58,781 bases of DNA, filler included, from Dugesia japonica (GCA_001938525.1; 6 parts of 6 records of this genome joined end to end with filler, not necessarily neighbours in it); one strand, 5' to 3'. Shown: positions 27,901-41,015, counted from the first letter of the whole stretch. Notes: generated by a model from the letters alone, not told the origin. Numbers and translations: made by a program.

Positions 27901-29493
27901 AACAAACTAAGAACAATAAGCGTTCAATTTAAGAAAAATTTGGAAAATAAAAATGTGAATTAAAACGAATTGAATTTTTCTTAAATAGCTGTGTATAATG
28001 TGCTGATTCAACCAAAAATTTATTGTTTTTCAACGATTTCTTATTGCTGTCTAATTCAGTAGAAGATATCCGTTTTTGATAAAATATTTGGTGGGTTCTT
28101 AGACCTTACATAAGTTATGGAGTTAATACAATTTTTATTAATTTCTAGCAAAACTGTTTCATACTTTAACATTCATTTATGTAAATACCAGTAATATTTG
28201 TTTGCTTCATAATAATAGCATCGTAAAATTCCATAAAATTTAATTAAATTTGACTCCGAAATTAGTTATATAAGTAACCCTAGTGACCTATTTCTAACTA
28301 GCATGCGTGTAATAATTTTAATTTGAGTTTATTATCGGGTGATAGAAGCTTTAGATTGAAATTGTATAATATAACAAGAATTATATTTAATTCCACAATG
28401 AATAATATGAAATACGACAATNNNNNNNNNNNNNNNNNNNNNNNNNNNNNNNNNNNNNNNNNNNNNNNNNNNNNNNNNNNNNNNNNNNNNNNNNNNNNNN
28501 NNNNNNNNNNNNNNNNNNNNNNNNNNNNNNNNNNNNNNNNNNNNNNNNNNNNNNNNNNNNNNNNNNNNNNNNNNNNNNNNNNNNNNNNNNNNNNNNNNNN
28601 NNNNNNNNNNNNNNNNNNNNNNNNNNNNNNNNNNNNNNNNNNNNNNNNNNNNNNNNNNNNNNNNNNNNNNNNNNNNNAATTAAATTTCACTTGGGGTACA
28701 ATAACCTAACAATTAGCATAATTAACAAAACTAATGTGACCTGGGTCCCGATTCGAAGCAAGCACAAGAGCATGACATCCATCCCATTCGTATCCAATAG
28801 TGACTCCAGAGGTCCTCCATAATAATAAGTCATAGCAATCCAGTCAGAAACCGTTGTTCGCAATAATCAACGAGAAATTACAGTAGAATCAATTCTTCGC
28901 TTCAATAATAATTTTGATTGTACTCCTGAAATTTTGGTGCTTCCGAATTTATTGTTACTCTTCTTGTAATAAGAAAAATTGGTGCGATCAGATTTTTTAT
29001 GCTCTCCCTTTTAATGAAAATTTCATCGGTAATTATTCCACATTCGTCGACGCCTTCATTCGTTTCATTGGTAGATATAAATTCTCGGTGTTTCCATTGG
29101 CTAGAAAGTCATATGCGTGTTTTTCATTGGTAATTATTTTGGGATTCCAAAATTATTGGTTCATTTTCAAAGCCTTATAACTTCTTTTCTATCCTTGCCA
29201 TGATTTTCTAACTGTGATTTTCGAAATCCGCGATTCTTTCTTGACCAGGATTTTCTAAATTGATAATTTTGGTGCCACTAGAAGTCCGAATTTTCTTAGT
29301 TTTTGGTAGAAAATTAAATTTTCTATTTAAAATAAATAATTTTAATTCTTATGATTTATTTTATTTAAATAAATAAGTTATTTATTTTATTTTCTTTGTG
29401 CATCTTAATGAAGTGTTCATTTCTTTGTTTTGTCTGATTTAATTTTTATTTAATTTCATTGTTTTCTTCTATTAATTAATTCATTTAATTAAT

Positions 29494-29593
29494 NNNNNNN
29501 NNNNNNNNNNNNNNNNNNNNNNNNNNNNNNNNNNNNNTTAATTAATTAANNNNNNNNNNNNNNNNNNNNNNNNNNNNNNNNNNNNNNNNNNNN
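29494..29593. other. Artificial contig spacer
   Basis: N44-TTAATTAATTAA-N44. Confidence 0.97.
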
Positions 29594-29665
29594 AATCCAA
29601 TGAAAATTGATTTTATTCAAAATCTGTCTTCATGTCAAAGTTTGTAATAAGAATTTACTGAACAA

Positions 29666-29802
29666 CAGTTCCTAAAAAAGGCTAGGTCGAAATATTGAAA
29701 ATAAAAAAACAGCAACTTTGATCTTTGCTTGTTAAATAAAATTTGGAAATAAAAAATTATTTGTTGTTTAAAACGAGTTTATTTATTGACAGATCAATGG
29801 TT
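29666..29802 (+). ncRNA. Degenerate hammerhead-like motif with the shared tail
   Basis: Reads gttc-CTAAAAA-a-ggc-tag-gtc-GAA-A-TA-T-T-gaa, then AATAAA and ...CAGATCAATGGTT as in the other copies. Confidence 0.45.
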
Positions 29803-29939
29803 TTTTTAAAAATAATTTTTTAAATTTTAAAAAATTAATTTGTAAACTTTGTTCAGTTTTAAATATTTAAACATTATTCTTTACATATTTTACAAATTTT
29901 AAAATAGAGTAAAATTAATTATACGTTCGGTTATAAGTC

Positions 29940-30420
29940 TAAGACTTCTTATGGATTGGTTTCTAATCTTATTTAGAAATATGAGTGTAATGCTACATAC
30001 ATTGGAGACTTCTCGACATCTCAGTAAATTAGTTGGAAACTTAGTTGGTTAAGTAATGGCAGTAATATTGCAGAACATAATATTCAGTGTAAATCAATTG
30101 TAAATACTAATAATTTAAAAATTGTGTGCAGAAATTCTAAAGATTATTGGGAGAGAGACAGGTGCGAAGCAAGCAGTGATGATTAGATCATATGTTCCAA
30201 AATTAATGTTCAAACGGGTCTTTCTAAATCTTCAATGAATATCTTTATTTAATTTGAATTTTGTTGCAACTATTACATAATTGATTACATAATGCGGTAT
30301 TATAGTATTATAATAATATTCATAGTTTGTCTGAAGATGACAAATAAACTATCGAAACGTGTTTCTATTAATAAATATCGGGTTAAATGGCGTATTTCTG
30401 TGCTTATCAATAAAATGCCA
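29940..30420 (+). mobile_element. Penelope-like element: GIY-YIG endonuclease C-terminus and pLTR with hammerhead-like core
   Basis: VSNLI*KYECNATYIG(E)TSRHL...SNIAEHNIQC...NNLKIV...AVMIRSYVPK, followed by CTGAAGA-TGAC...ATC-GAAACGT at 30331-30360. Confidence 0.75.
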
Positions 30421-30769
30421 TTATTTTTTTTTACAATCTTTGAATATATTCTTAAAGATCAATAATTTCATTTTTTAAAAGTATTAATTTTCATTGGTTG
30501 TCCTTTTCAACAACATTTAATACAATTAAACTTCTTGATAATAAACATTAACGTTAAAGAATTAAATAAAATACGTATTTTTTGTTTTAATAATTCAATA
30601 ATAATTAATAAAACTTGTGTTTTATTTCTATTATTATTGTTTGCTGTNNNNNNNNNNNNNNNNNNNNNNNNNNNNNNNNNNNNNNNNNNNNNNNNNNNNN
30701 NNNNNNNNNNNNNCAACAATTCGAGAAAGTAGTGTGATTTTAAATTAAAGTAAATTATCAAATTCGCAG

Positions 30770-31915
30770 AAGAGAATAGAAACTATCAGCAGAGATATCG
30801 CCAGAAAGTCCATATTGTTAGTTTTTCTTCGTCAAATGTTGATAACGAACAAAAAAATTACAGCATCCCGCCTGTTCGTTATAAAGAGGCTTGGATGTAG
30901 GTTCCGAATATATCATAGTTTAAATTTTTTTACTAAAACTATAAAAAACCGGCAATGTTGAAATTGGTTTGAAAAATTTGCAACGGTGGTTTTATAAAAT
31001 TACAATTATTGCGAGAATAATTGTTGGACGTAACCATTGATCGTTTTTCAGAATACATTAAAATGTAATCTTCAATCACTTTTCTTTTGTTTTTGATAAT
31101 GATTCGAATTTCGACTTAGTTTTCGTCAAGAATTGACTTTTTTCCGGTTGTTTTTCACTGAAAGATTAGAAGCGCTCCAATTGTTCATTATAAGTGAATG
31201 ACAATGAAGGATCGTCGTAACGCAACGCGTTACGTTACAATTAAGTTCAATTTATCACATACTTACATTAAAAACCGTTTAAAGGAGATGGGCTATGTAA
31301 TAAAACTAGATTTACGAACTTAAAAAAATTCATAAAAAACACAATTAATTGATATCTGCAATTTGATTGTCAAATGCAACAAAAATAGTCGATTCTAGAA
31401 ACAATTGACAACATGTGATGAAAAACGAATTGCCTACAACAATTTCCGTCGGAAAATATCATGATGCAAGCAACGGGAAACAACGCAGACATTATACAAG
31501 ACTGATATTCGTCGAAGTTACCAAGATTACCAAGAAATTATATAATTTGATGGTTTATCAAACCGCTAACCTGAACATTATAATTCAANAAAAACGAGAA
31601 AATTTTGCAAATTGTAAATGTATTCTTTTCCACCATTACAATGAAAAATTGCATAAATCTATGGTCACTCGTTACAAATTATTGAGCTTGATTAGAACGT
31701 ATCGCCGCATCCAGACATAGCTCCTTCAAATCACCATTTATTTCGCTCTATGCACAACTTGTTGATTGGTATTACTTTCTTTAATAATTATGATGTCAAA
31801 TCTCACTTGTTGAAGTTTTTGTCCATAAATTAAAGGAGTTTTATGAACGTGGAATTATCATGCTGTCAGGATGATGGCAACAGATTATTGATAACCATAG
31901 AAAATAAATTATTTA
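30770..31915 (+). mobile_element. Degenerate mariner interrupted by the hammerhead repeat (30995-31135)
   Basis: Fragments LTTCDEK, LFHHYN, PDIAPSNHHLFRSMHN and GIIMLSG*WQQIIDN. Confidence 0.7.
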
Positions 31916-32301
31916 ATGTATTTTGTATTAAAATTGTCAACTTAACTTTTTATAATTTTGATCCCAAAACAGCCGATTTTAGATATCAAATATGAGAAGG
32001 AAATTTTTGAAGGGTTACTGAATCAATATCGGCAAAGAAATTAATTTAAACAAGGGAACTAATTTCAAAAAAAGAAATAATCCTAACCATAAATAATTAC
32101 TAATAATATTTTATGGAAAAATTCCTTTGTTTAAATTAATTCTGCATTCCTATCAAATTTGTTAACTTCACTTTTTATCAGTTTTCCACCAAAACGTAAT
32201 CTTTTATAGTTTTTGAATATTTTAGATATCAATTATGATACGGAAATATTTGAATACTTACTAAAAATTATAATATTATAATTGGCTTTTATTTCTTTCA
32301 G

Positions 32302-35300
32302 AAATATCACAATGAACTTGATTTGAATTCATCATTAAATGATTCAGAAAATGGCACTATTCTAGTTTGGAAGCCTGATAAAAAGATGTCTTTTTCTTGT
32401 AAGATATTTTTAGTATATATTTTTGAAATCACACACCATAAAAGAATAAATTCAGTTCTACATTTCTTTTGATATTAACTTAAACAAGGAAACTGAAATT
32501 AAAATATGAAATTTAAACTCAAAATTTAAGTCCTATGGCGATGATAACATATATACTGCAAAATTTTCTTAGTATGATTAATTTATAAAAATAATTTGAC
32601 TTAGTTTTTTTTATTTGAAATTTTTTTTAAATAATTTACCTTTAGATTTACAATTATAAGAATTATTGCGAGAATAATTGTTGGAATTAACCATTGATCG
32701 TATTTGAGATTTTATTAAATTAAAAACTTCGATCAAAATATTGTTTTTCTTTTTTATATTTATTCTAGTTCTTGATCGTATTTATAATTTTCGACTTTGT
32801 CTTCGTCAGGAAAAGTAAATTCCTTAAGAAGACAAAGTCGAATATTCTAAATACTATCAAGAACTAGAAAAAATAAATATAAAAGATAAACAATATTTTA
32901 ATCGAAAATTTTAATTTAATTTAATTTNNNNNNNNNNNNNNNNNNNNNNNNNNNNNNNNNNNNNNNNNNNNNNNNNNTTTTAGTCCATTATCAAAATAGG
33001 CAATAAAATTGATTATAATCGTGAATAAAATTCAAATTATTGATACATTTTTACTTTATCTGCATATCTAATGTGAATTTTAGTTTAAATGAACATTATT
33101 TATTTAAATAATCTCTTTCAGAAAGCGCCCTAAATTATTCATTCAAAAATGTATTTGACATGCGCTGTTTTTATTTGATATGGGCAAATCAGCACCTGAC
33201 GTGCATAAAGTACTTGTGAAAACCTATGGTGTTGAAGCTCCGTCCTCCAACTGTAAATTCTGGTTCAAAAGATTCAAATCAGGAGACTTCGACTTGAATG
33301 ACAAAGAGAAAACTGGTCAGCCTAAAACATTTAAAGATACCGATTAGCAAGATTTACTTTTCTAAGGAACTAAACACCAACAAATCAACACTTTCCAGAC
33401 ATTCTCTAGGAAAAATTCAAAAAGAAGGAAAATGGGCTCCCATAATTTTATTAANNNNNNNNNNNNNNNNNNNNNNNNNNNNNNNNNNNNNNNNNNNNNN
33501 NNNNNNNNNNNNNNNNNNNNNNNNNNNNNNNNNNNNNNNNNNNNNNNNNNNNNNNNNNNNNNNNNNNNNNNNNNNNNNNNNNNNNNNNNGCTTGATCCAG
33601 GACAGGCATCAGCGTCTGTTGCAAAGCGTAATATTTATCAGAAAGTTATGCTTTATATCTGGTGGGATATGTAAGATGTTGTCTATCATGAACTACTGGA
33701 ACCAAAGGAAACAGTTACTGGGGAACGATATCAACAGCAACTGAAAAGATTGAATGATGAATTGATAAAAAAGGCCTGTAATAGCCAGCAATCGACGCAA
33801 ATTCTTTCTCTTTCATGACAATGCTAGATCGCATCTTTCTTTAATTGTCAAGAAAACACTATTAGACTTGCTATGGAAAATCCTCCCGCATCCAGCGTAC
33901 TCTCCAAACATAGCTCCATACGATTTTCATTTATTCAGATCAATGACGCAATCTCTGGCAGATATGCATTTCAATACGTACCAAGATGTTCAAAATTGGG
34001 TATCCGAATAGATTGATTCTAAAGAGAAATCATTTTAATTGTCGCGGAATAGCCACATTGCCAGATTTACGGGAAAAGGTCATACTTAACGACATAAAAT
34101 ATAAATGAACTAAATTCGAGAATCAATAAAGTGTTAGGGAATGGATTTTTGCGTCCTACTTCTCTCTTCATTAGTCCCCAAACATTTTCAATTCAGTTCA
34201 TGTGAGTTTGGTGACCACGGTTTAACGCTTGTTATTTGAAGCTATCCAATTTTTTNNNNNNNNNNNNNNNNNNNNNNNNNNNNNNNNNNNNNNNNNNNNN
34301 NNNNNNNNNNNNNNNNNNNNNNNNNCTTGGCATAGCTTTCTTGAGTATTTCTTGATTCTTGTTAGAGTCAACCGTTTCTCGAATTTTTACCAAAATAGAT
34401 ATTTTATTGGTGCTTATTGCTCCCTATACCATTAACCGCGGGTTGCACTTTGTTTTCTCTTTTCTTGGTCTTGCCTTGGAGAGTAATTCCTTTACGAATC
34501 TTCTTCAAATCTCTCTCTATTGTTTTTTTAGATTGCCCAGGTAATTTCATAAAGATTTTCATAATACTGATCCCTGTGGAAACAAGGCGTTCAAGAGATT
34601 GTTTTGCAGCTTTCATTTGTAAAAATTATTAAACTAAAAGTAGTTATAAAATTTATTGGAGTAATAAATAAATTAATCAATAACTTACTAGCCCATGCAG
34701 TTTTAAATCCTAACAAAATATGCTAAAATAACTTTTAATTAATTTATTTAATTATATTAACCATTTGAAAACTTTCCTCTGCCATTTTTTATAGCAATGG
34801 GTATATTGGAGAAAGGGGCGCATTTTGACCTTGATACGATACTGTTTATAATATAAAAATACTATCTAAAAACCTTTTGATAGTGTAAGAAGAGAATGAG
34901 TACAGAGTTTGACTTAAAATATTAAATATTTTAAAAATAAATTAATTAAATTAAAAACTCAAAAAAGGAGGCAACTCTTTCATAAAAATAAAAAAACTCC
35001 ATTTAACAAAATATATATTGACTGTAATTTATTTTGACTGAATAACCATCATCATCAGGCAATTAATGATTATTAAAACAAACTATTTAAAAAGTTTAAA
35101 TGATTATATAATTTCAATTATGTAATCTCAATAAATCAATAAAATTGTTTTATGAGTGATGCTGAATTCGTCAACTGAACATAAATTTTACGAGTTAATG
35201 ACCTTATCTACAAAGCTTCATACATCATTCCATTCCAATAATTATTAAATCCACTACACAACAACTTAAAAGCAATACTTACAATAGCTAAAATCCACAG

Positions 35301-38300
35301 CTACATCAATGAATTTTTTCACAAACTCTACATCAGAAAACGGTTTCAATTTCTTAGCAATTATTCCAGTTATTATGAAATCTGCCTTTACAGCACTCTC
35401 GACAACTTTATTAACTTTGGTAAAGAACGTCTGTTGACCTGAAGGTGCTATTTGGAGACTTTCAATTTTATCTTTTCTTAAAGGTCCCTGCACTGGATCA
35501 AGCTTTACTTCACGCTGACTCTAATTAATTCCCGAAGAAGACAATTATCAAAAATTCGAATTACTAACAACAAATAAAAACATTTTGATCGAAGCTTTTT
35601 AATTTATTGAAAAAATTCATGGAATAATTTTAAATTATTTTCAATAGTTTCCTTAAAAATTTAATAAAAATAATTTAATTTTTCCTTTAAATAATCGACT
35701 TTAATTGTAGTTAAAGATGATATCATACAGTTAAATAATTCTCTACAAAATTGGATCGCAATTAATCGATTTTCTACTTTTCCAAAAATATCACAACATG
35801 ATTTATGGGAGTTGGAAGTTTTAAAGAAATCTCTAGTTATTTTTATATGTAATTCAACGTTATTAACTGATATACATTCCGTGCAATCTGAAAATTCTCA
35901 AACGACATCTTCGACGATGAAGTATTTTTAAAACTAATTTTTATATTTTTAGAATAAGTTTAGTTTATTTAACTTGGCAAAAAAGTGGGGTTTTGAAGCT
36001 TCTAATGATGAAAAGTTAGTTTCATATTTGCTAGTTATAAAAGTAATAAAAAATTATAAAAAAATTATTTTATTTAGTTTTTGTTAAAAATTTAATGTGA
36101 TTGTAATTATTTATGATTGGAAAAAGACTTCATTAATACATATAGAATTCACCAATATTATTTATAATTCTGTCTCCAAATTATTATCATATTTTTAAAT
36201 TCAACTTTCATTGTTTTACTAACAAATTGATTATTTTGGAAAATTTAATTTTTATTGTTAATAAGTTTCATAAAACTGCCCGAAAAAAATCTGGTTTATC
36301 CGTTTTTTCACCAATCAAAAACCGGTAAAACGGTTTTCACCGGCTTCAGAAAATTAAGATTTTTCACAAGTTTTAAATTTATATATTGAAAAATATTTGT
36401 AAATATAAAATATACTAAGAAAATAATTGCTTATAATTTTAATTTAGTTAGTTTTTATTTTTTGTAATAGAATCAGAAATAGACTTAAATAATCACGAAA
36501 AAAATGTATTGTATTGGGTTATNNNNNNNNNNNNNNNNNNNNNNNNNNNNNNNNNNNNNNNNNNNNNNNNNNTTCACCAATCAAAAACCGGTAAAACGGT
36601 TTTCACCGGCTTCAGAAAATTAAGATTTTTCACAAGTTTTAAATTTTTATATTGAAAAATATTTGTAAATATAAAATATACTAAGAAAATAATTGCTTAT
36701 AATTTTAATTTAGCTAGTTTTTATTTTTTGTAATAGAATCAGAAATAGACTTAAATANTCACGAAAAAAATGTATTGTATTGGGTTATTATATGGAAATT
36801 TTTGTTTAGTTTGATGATTCTTGTTTAAATGAATGAAAATCCATTAATTATTAAATTTTTAAAGGAAATATATTTAAATATATGACAATTTTATTAACCC
36901 CTTGTGGTTTTCTTTATTTAAATAAATTATGTATCTAAAACGATTATATAAAAGAAATTTCATAACAGCAAAATAAAGAAGTGAAGTAANGTGCATTATT
37001 TCATTATTTCATAGATTATTATCACATGTCTAACTCTTGATTGATTCACAAGATGTTTTTTGCTTTATACGAAACGCACTCGTTATTGTTTCACAAAGCT
37101 GATATCCTGACATCTAATTTACGGTGCCGATTCAATGGAATGGATCTATTGTGCATATGGAGGGATTACATGGGAATAATTCATTTAAAAATGTTAAAGA
37201 TAGGTGAGACCATTAATTTCTCAAAGTTGAGCGGCCTGCATTAGTTTNTCGCGGCGTATCAATACGTGTAGTTCCATTAAAACATTTTGTTTACCATAGT
37301 GCTACAGAATAGCTAAATTTGTAGCTGACAAAGAACATATCCAAAACTGTATTCGATATAAATATGATTGTGGTTCTAATGCGACACAAGCTCTCAATGT
37401 CACAAAGATTTGTATAGGTTAAGGAAATGCCATCAGTGACAGGCAGACTAGAAATTTGTTTAAATGGTTCCGGGAAGTTAACAAATCTTGTAAAGATCGC
37501 CAAAGAGACCTGGTTGTGAAATTTCGGTGGACAATGATGCTCTATAGAAGTTGGTTGAAGAAGATCCGAAGGTGACCATTGAAGAAATGACAATCACTTT
37601 TTTAGTCACTTGGTCAACTGTTCTGAAACATCAGCATCTGATTTGTAAAGTCTGGAGAATAGTGACTGGGGATGAGAAATGAGTGTTTTATGAAAACTTA
37701 AATAGAAAAAAATAAATCGTTATCTTCAGTTCAAGTACCAATACCTACCTTCAAACCAGGGTTACACTCGAAAATTGTGCAATATATTGTGCATATGGAG
37801 GGATTACATGGGAATAATTCATTTAAAAATGTTAAAATGGGTGAGACCATTAATTTCTCAAAGTTGAGCGGCCCGCATTAGTCAACAAAGAAATAATGAT
37901 ATTTCACTAAGACAACGCTAAACAATTTGCAGCAAAGAAGACTATGCAAAAGGTACACGACTTTAAATGGAAACTCATGCTATATCCTTCATATTCATCG
38001 ATTGTGTGCCATTTGACTATTATTTGTTTCGATTATTGCCCATTTTTTTGTCCGGAAAATCATTCTCGAAAAAAGATGCTATGAAATTGGAACTTGAACA
38101 GCTATTTACTGAAAAACCTTAATTACTATACAAAGAGCGTATTGAAAATTTGGTAGAAAGATGGCAAATAATTGTTCAATCAGGTGAAAATTACACAATT
38201 GATTTATTTAAATAATATTTTATCTGTAATAAAAATACATTTTCATTTGTTTTATATTTTCCGGAAATTTTCAAATAATAACCCCAATATTTGAGCATGC

Positions 38301-40949
38301 ACAAACATTTGTTTTTTTGTTTAAAAAGTTAATATGCAAAATAAATTAAAATTTCTGAAATAAAATACAATTTTAACAGACAAAAACAAATTTATTGATT
38401 TGAAAAGTACAAATGGATTATTATTTCGTACAAAATTTATTTGTAACACTAAAATCTTTGCAAGGAATTAAATACATTTTTCAATTATTTTTTTCGTTCG
38501 TTCATAGAAATTTAAAATTCATATTTGTTAGTTTTGAGATAAAAATAATTAATTAATAAAACCTTAAACNNNNNNNNNNNNNNNNNNNNNNNNNNNNNNN
38601 NNNNNNNNNNNNNNNNNNNNNNNNNNNNNNNNNNNNNNNNNNNNNNNNNNNNNNNNNNNNNNNNNNNNNNNNNNNNNNNNNNNNGACTCATTATAATGTA
38701 CACAATTATGCTGAAAAATCATTTTTGTTTTAAATTAAATTTTTGAAATAATTTAATAATTTTTAACGAAAGATAATTCGGGAAAAAAATAAAAATATAA
38801 CTAAAATGAAAAAATCGATTTTTTTGAAATAAAAAGCAAAGGATGTCAAGGGTATCATCACTTAGAGATGGCCTGATTTTTGAACAAATTTTTCCAGTTG
38901 AGGAAAACACTCTTTCAGTCTCTACACTAGTTGGCGTAATAGTATTCAAATATATGATTTTTGCAAATTTATTCCCCGACATCCTCCTCCTTCGAAAATA
39001 GCCATACCTTTCACCATCTTTTCACGAATATCTACACTGCATCTTAAAATAATTTTTCGAATTGTATTTGCAGATTTTGTGACGTCAAGTGTTCGAGCCA
39101 GCAACGATTTTCTCAATTCAATAGAAGTAATAAAAATACTAAATGGTAGACCATCAACCGCAGTCATTTTGGATAATATTACACCAAGATCATCATTTTC
39201 ATTGTTAAAGTAGCCCGATATTAATAAATTTAAGCGGTACAGCTCTAGTAGATTTATTACATGAGAATGTTGAAGTTTCGTGATTTTCTGCATCTAATCC
39301 CCCTTTTATTAAACATCTAATTTCATGAGTAGTTTTTAGATGCCCACTAGTTGATCCACCACAGGTTTTTATTTGATAATTTTATTATTGCATTTGATAC
39401 AATTTGCCAAATTTCCTGATTTATCTCTCAGAAAATAATGCCAAACGGAAATTTCGTCTGTAACGCCCTTTTTAACTAGTTCAAATTCCATCTTAAGACT
39501 ATTAAAATAAAATATATATCCCAATAATTAAAAAAATATAAATTTTTTCATTAAAATCTACCTGTAATTTAAATGTATTAAATATAGAATATAATTTAAT
39601 TTTATTAAACAATATCGATAAATATCAAATAATATTTTGCACAATATATATTTATTTAAAAATGCGAACTTTAATTTCGTAGAAACGAAACGGTTAAACT
39701 AGTTAATGTAATATGTATAATTTAATTAATTTCATTAAACACCAAATGGAAATATATGACATTTAATGAAATACTGAATACTGGTATTTATAGGTCATAA
39801 TAACGGTATTTTGGTATTAAAAATAGCTCCGTAATACCGGTATTACAGGCCCTAATTACAATGTTTAATTAATACAACAATTTAATATAACAATACCCTA
39901 CAAAACTATCGATATTCTGCAATTCCATTGATGTAACTCAAATACACTTATTTATTGAAGTTTATGTTACAGCCGTATTTTTAATAACGATTACTTCGAT
40001 TTACCAATAAGATTCTAAATGTCAAACTAGGATCTTTATGTAATTTTTAATTATTATTTTTGGAATATTTGTTGGAAAATAAAAGGTTAATTATCAAAAA
40101 GGTTAGTTACACCGTTTGCATCCTTCCGTGGAAGCCCATGAATTTATTGTATTCATAAAGAAAAAATTCAAGTTTAATAATATTGAGATATAATATGTAA
40201 TTTACAAAGAAGCAAATTGAATAGAATTTTGTCAAGAAAGTTTGACAAATATTAGATTTATTTAAAAAATAATTATTTATCAAAATTTCATTTTTATTTT
40301 GTAGTATTTATATTTCGAAGAAAACATCCAAAGATATATATTTTGTATTCATATTACACTTAATATCAAAATAATTTAAGATTTCTTATTTTTTATTATC
40401 AGTAATGGATTGTATTTCGTATGGACAACTGATATCGCATCAATGAATGATTTAGCAATGACAAATTTAATAGTTCCAAACATTTTAATTTTTCAACCAT
40501 GGAATCATACTATCTATATTCACCCGGATTCTCACAATTATCAAAAAATGAAAACGCTCGATGAAAAATCTATTTTAGACTTTTTAGATGCTTTTCAACG
40601 CGGAAATATCGATGTTATTTCTTGTTAATCTGTAATGTTATTTGCGAATATATTTTAGGGTTATGGTGGCGTTGGATTTAAAGCTAAGATGCAAAGAGCT
40701 GGTTATGATTTTATAACAGGCCTTATCGTTAGTGTTATTTAATGAACAAATAGTGAATAATTTTTAATGTTGTTTTATCTCAGGAATTCGTCAGTACAAC
40801 ACCATTGTTAGCTATGTTCATTATTGGTGTTCCACTCAGTGTTATCAGTTTTCTTTGTTATGCAATATGTTGTATGGATACCAGCGATGCTGATTATCGT
40901 AGAGTTGAAGCCAGGCAGCAAAAAAGGATTAAAAAACCTCTTTATGAAG
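32302..40949 (+). CDS. TMX3: TMX3-like thioredoxin-related transmembrane protein, partial (exons 32302-32398, 35711-35921, 35964-36014, 40403-40613, 40659-40727, 40784-40949)
   Basis: GT-AG exons join in consistent phase: GTILVWKP...SLQNWIAINRFSTFPKI...LYFVWTTD...LIVPNILIF...ILDFLDAFQRGNID|GYGGVGFKAKMQR...TPLLAMFIIGVPLSVISFLCYAICCMD. This parallels TMX3 (LSSWINRERF...VPTVVV...AQGG...PLMGCFLFGLPLGVISIMCYGI). The N-terminal CxxC exons and the last exon are not seen in this contig. Confidence 0.85.
32650..32927. repeat. Palindromic fold-back repeat with two divergent hammerhead-like cores at its centre
   Basis: Arms are inverted about ~32815: TTCGACTTTGTCTTCGTCAGGAA / TTCCTTAAGAAGACAAAGTCGAA. 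The minus-strand core is CTGACGA-a-gac-aaa-gtc-GAAA. Confidence 0.8.
33140..34105 (+). mobile_element. Degenerate mariner in a TMX3 intron
   Basis: WFKRFKSGDFDLNDKE, KVMLYIWWD, FHDNARSH, LPHPAYSPNIAPYDFHLFRSM, WEKVI-like. Confidence 0.9.
34150..34616 (-). mobile_element. Tc1-like transposase N-terminal fragment
   Basis: Basic HTH-like ORF (SKKTIERDLKKIRKG) with a downstream FGD-like remnant at the expected FSDE position. Confidence 0.35.
35170..35510 (-). mobile_element. hAT (GTF2IRD2/SPIN-like) transposase fragment
   Basis: QQTFFTK...IIAKKLKPFSDVEFVKK resembles the KPFxDGEFIKEC motif. Confidence 0.6.
35526..35615 (+). ncRNA. Degenerate hammerhead-like motif with a perfect 6-bp stem I
   Basis: Reads taattc-CCGAAGA-a-gac-aatt-atc-AAA-A-AT-T-C-gaatta, followed by the family tail (AATAAA...TTTTGATCGAAG). 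Confidence 0.5.
36778..38289 (+). mobile_element. Full-length but decayed mariner with both TIRs
   Basis: TATTGGGTTATTATATGGAAATT pairs with AATTTTCAAATAATAACCCCAATA, with TA flanks. Fragments RIVTGDEK, H*DNAK, PFDYYLFR and VERWQII. Confidence 0.85.
38719..39854 (-). mobile_element. Internally deleted hAT element (BED finger plus C-terminal dimerisation domain)
   Basis: TIR TAGGGCCTGTAATACCGG at 39854. SVWHYFLRDKSGNLANCIKC...GSTSGHLKTTH, then MTAVDGLPFSIF, then PTSVETERVFSSTG. Confidence 0.88.
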
Positions 40950-41015
40950 GTAAAATAATTTAATTTTCTGTGATGTTTTATATTAGTGTTTCACAACCCA
41001 AAACACATCGAGGAC

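Noticed and set aside
28720-29300. GC-elevated, coding-like minus-strand stretch with a faint protease resemblance
   Set aside because: No recognisable catalytic or knuckle motif, so no family call can be supported.
36307-36790. ~215-bp direct duplication on either side of an N gap
   Set aside because: Most likely an unmerged overlap or haplotype artefact at the gap.
37140-37245. Second copy of mariner segment 37785-37882
   Set aside because: Local duplication or assembly artefact within a decayed element with ambiguous bases nearby; no independent meaning.
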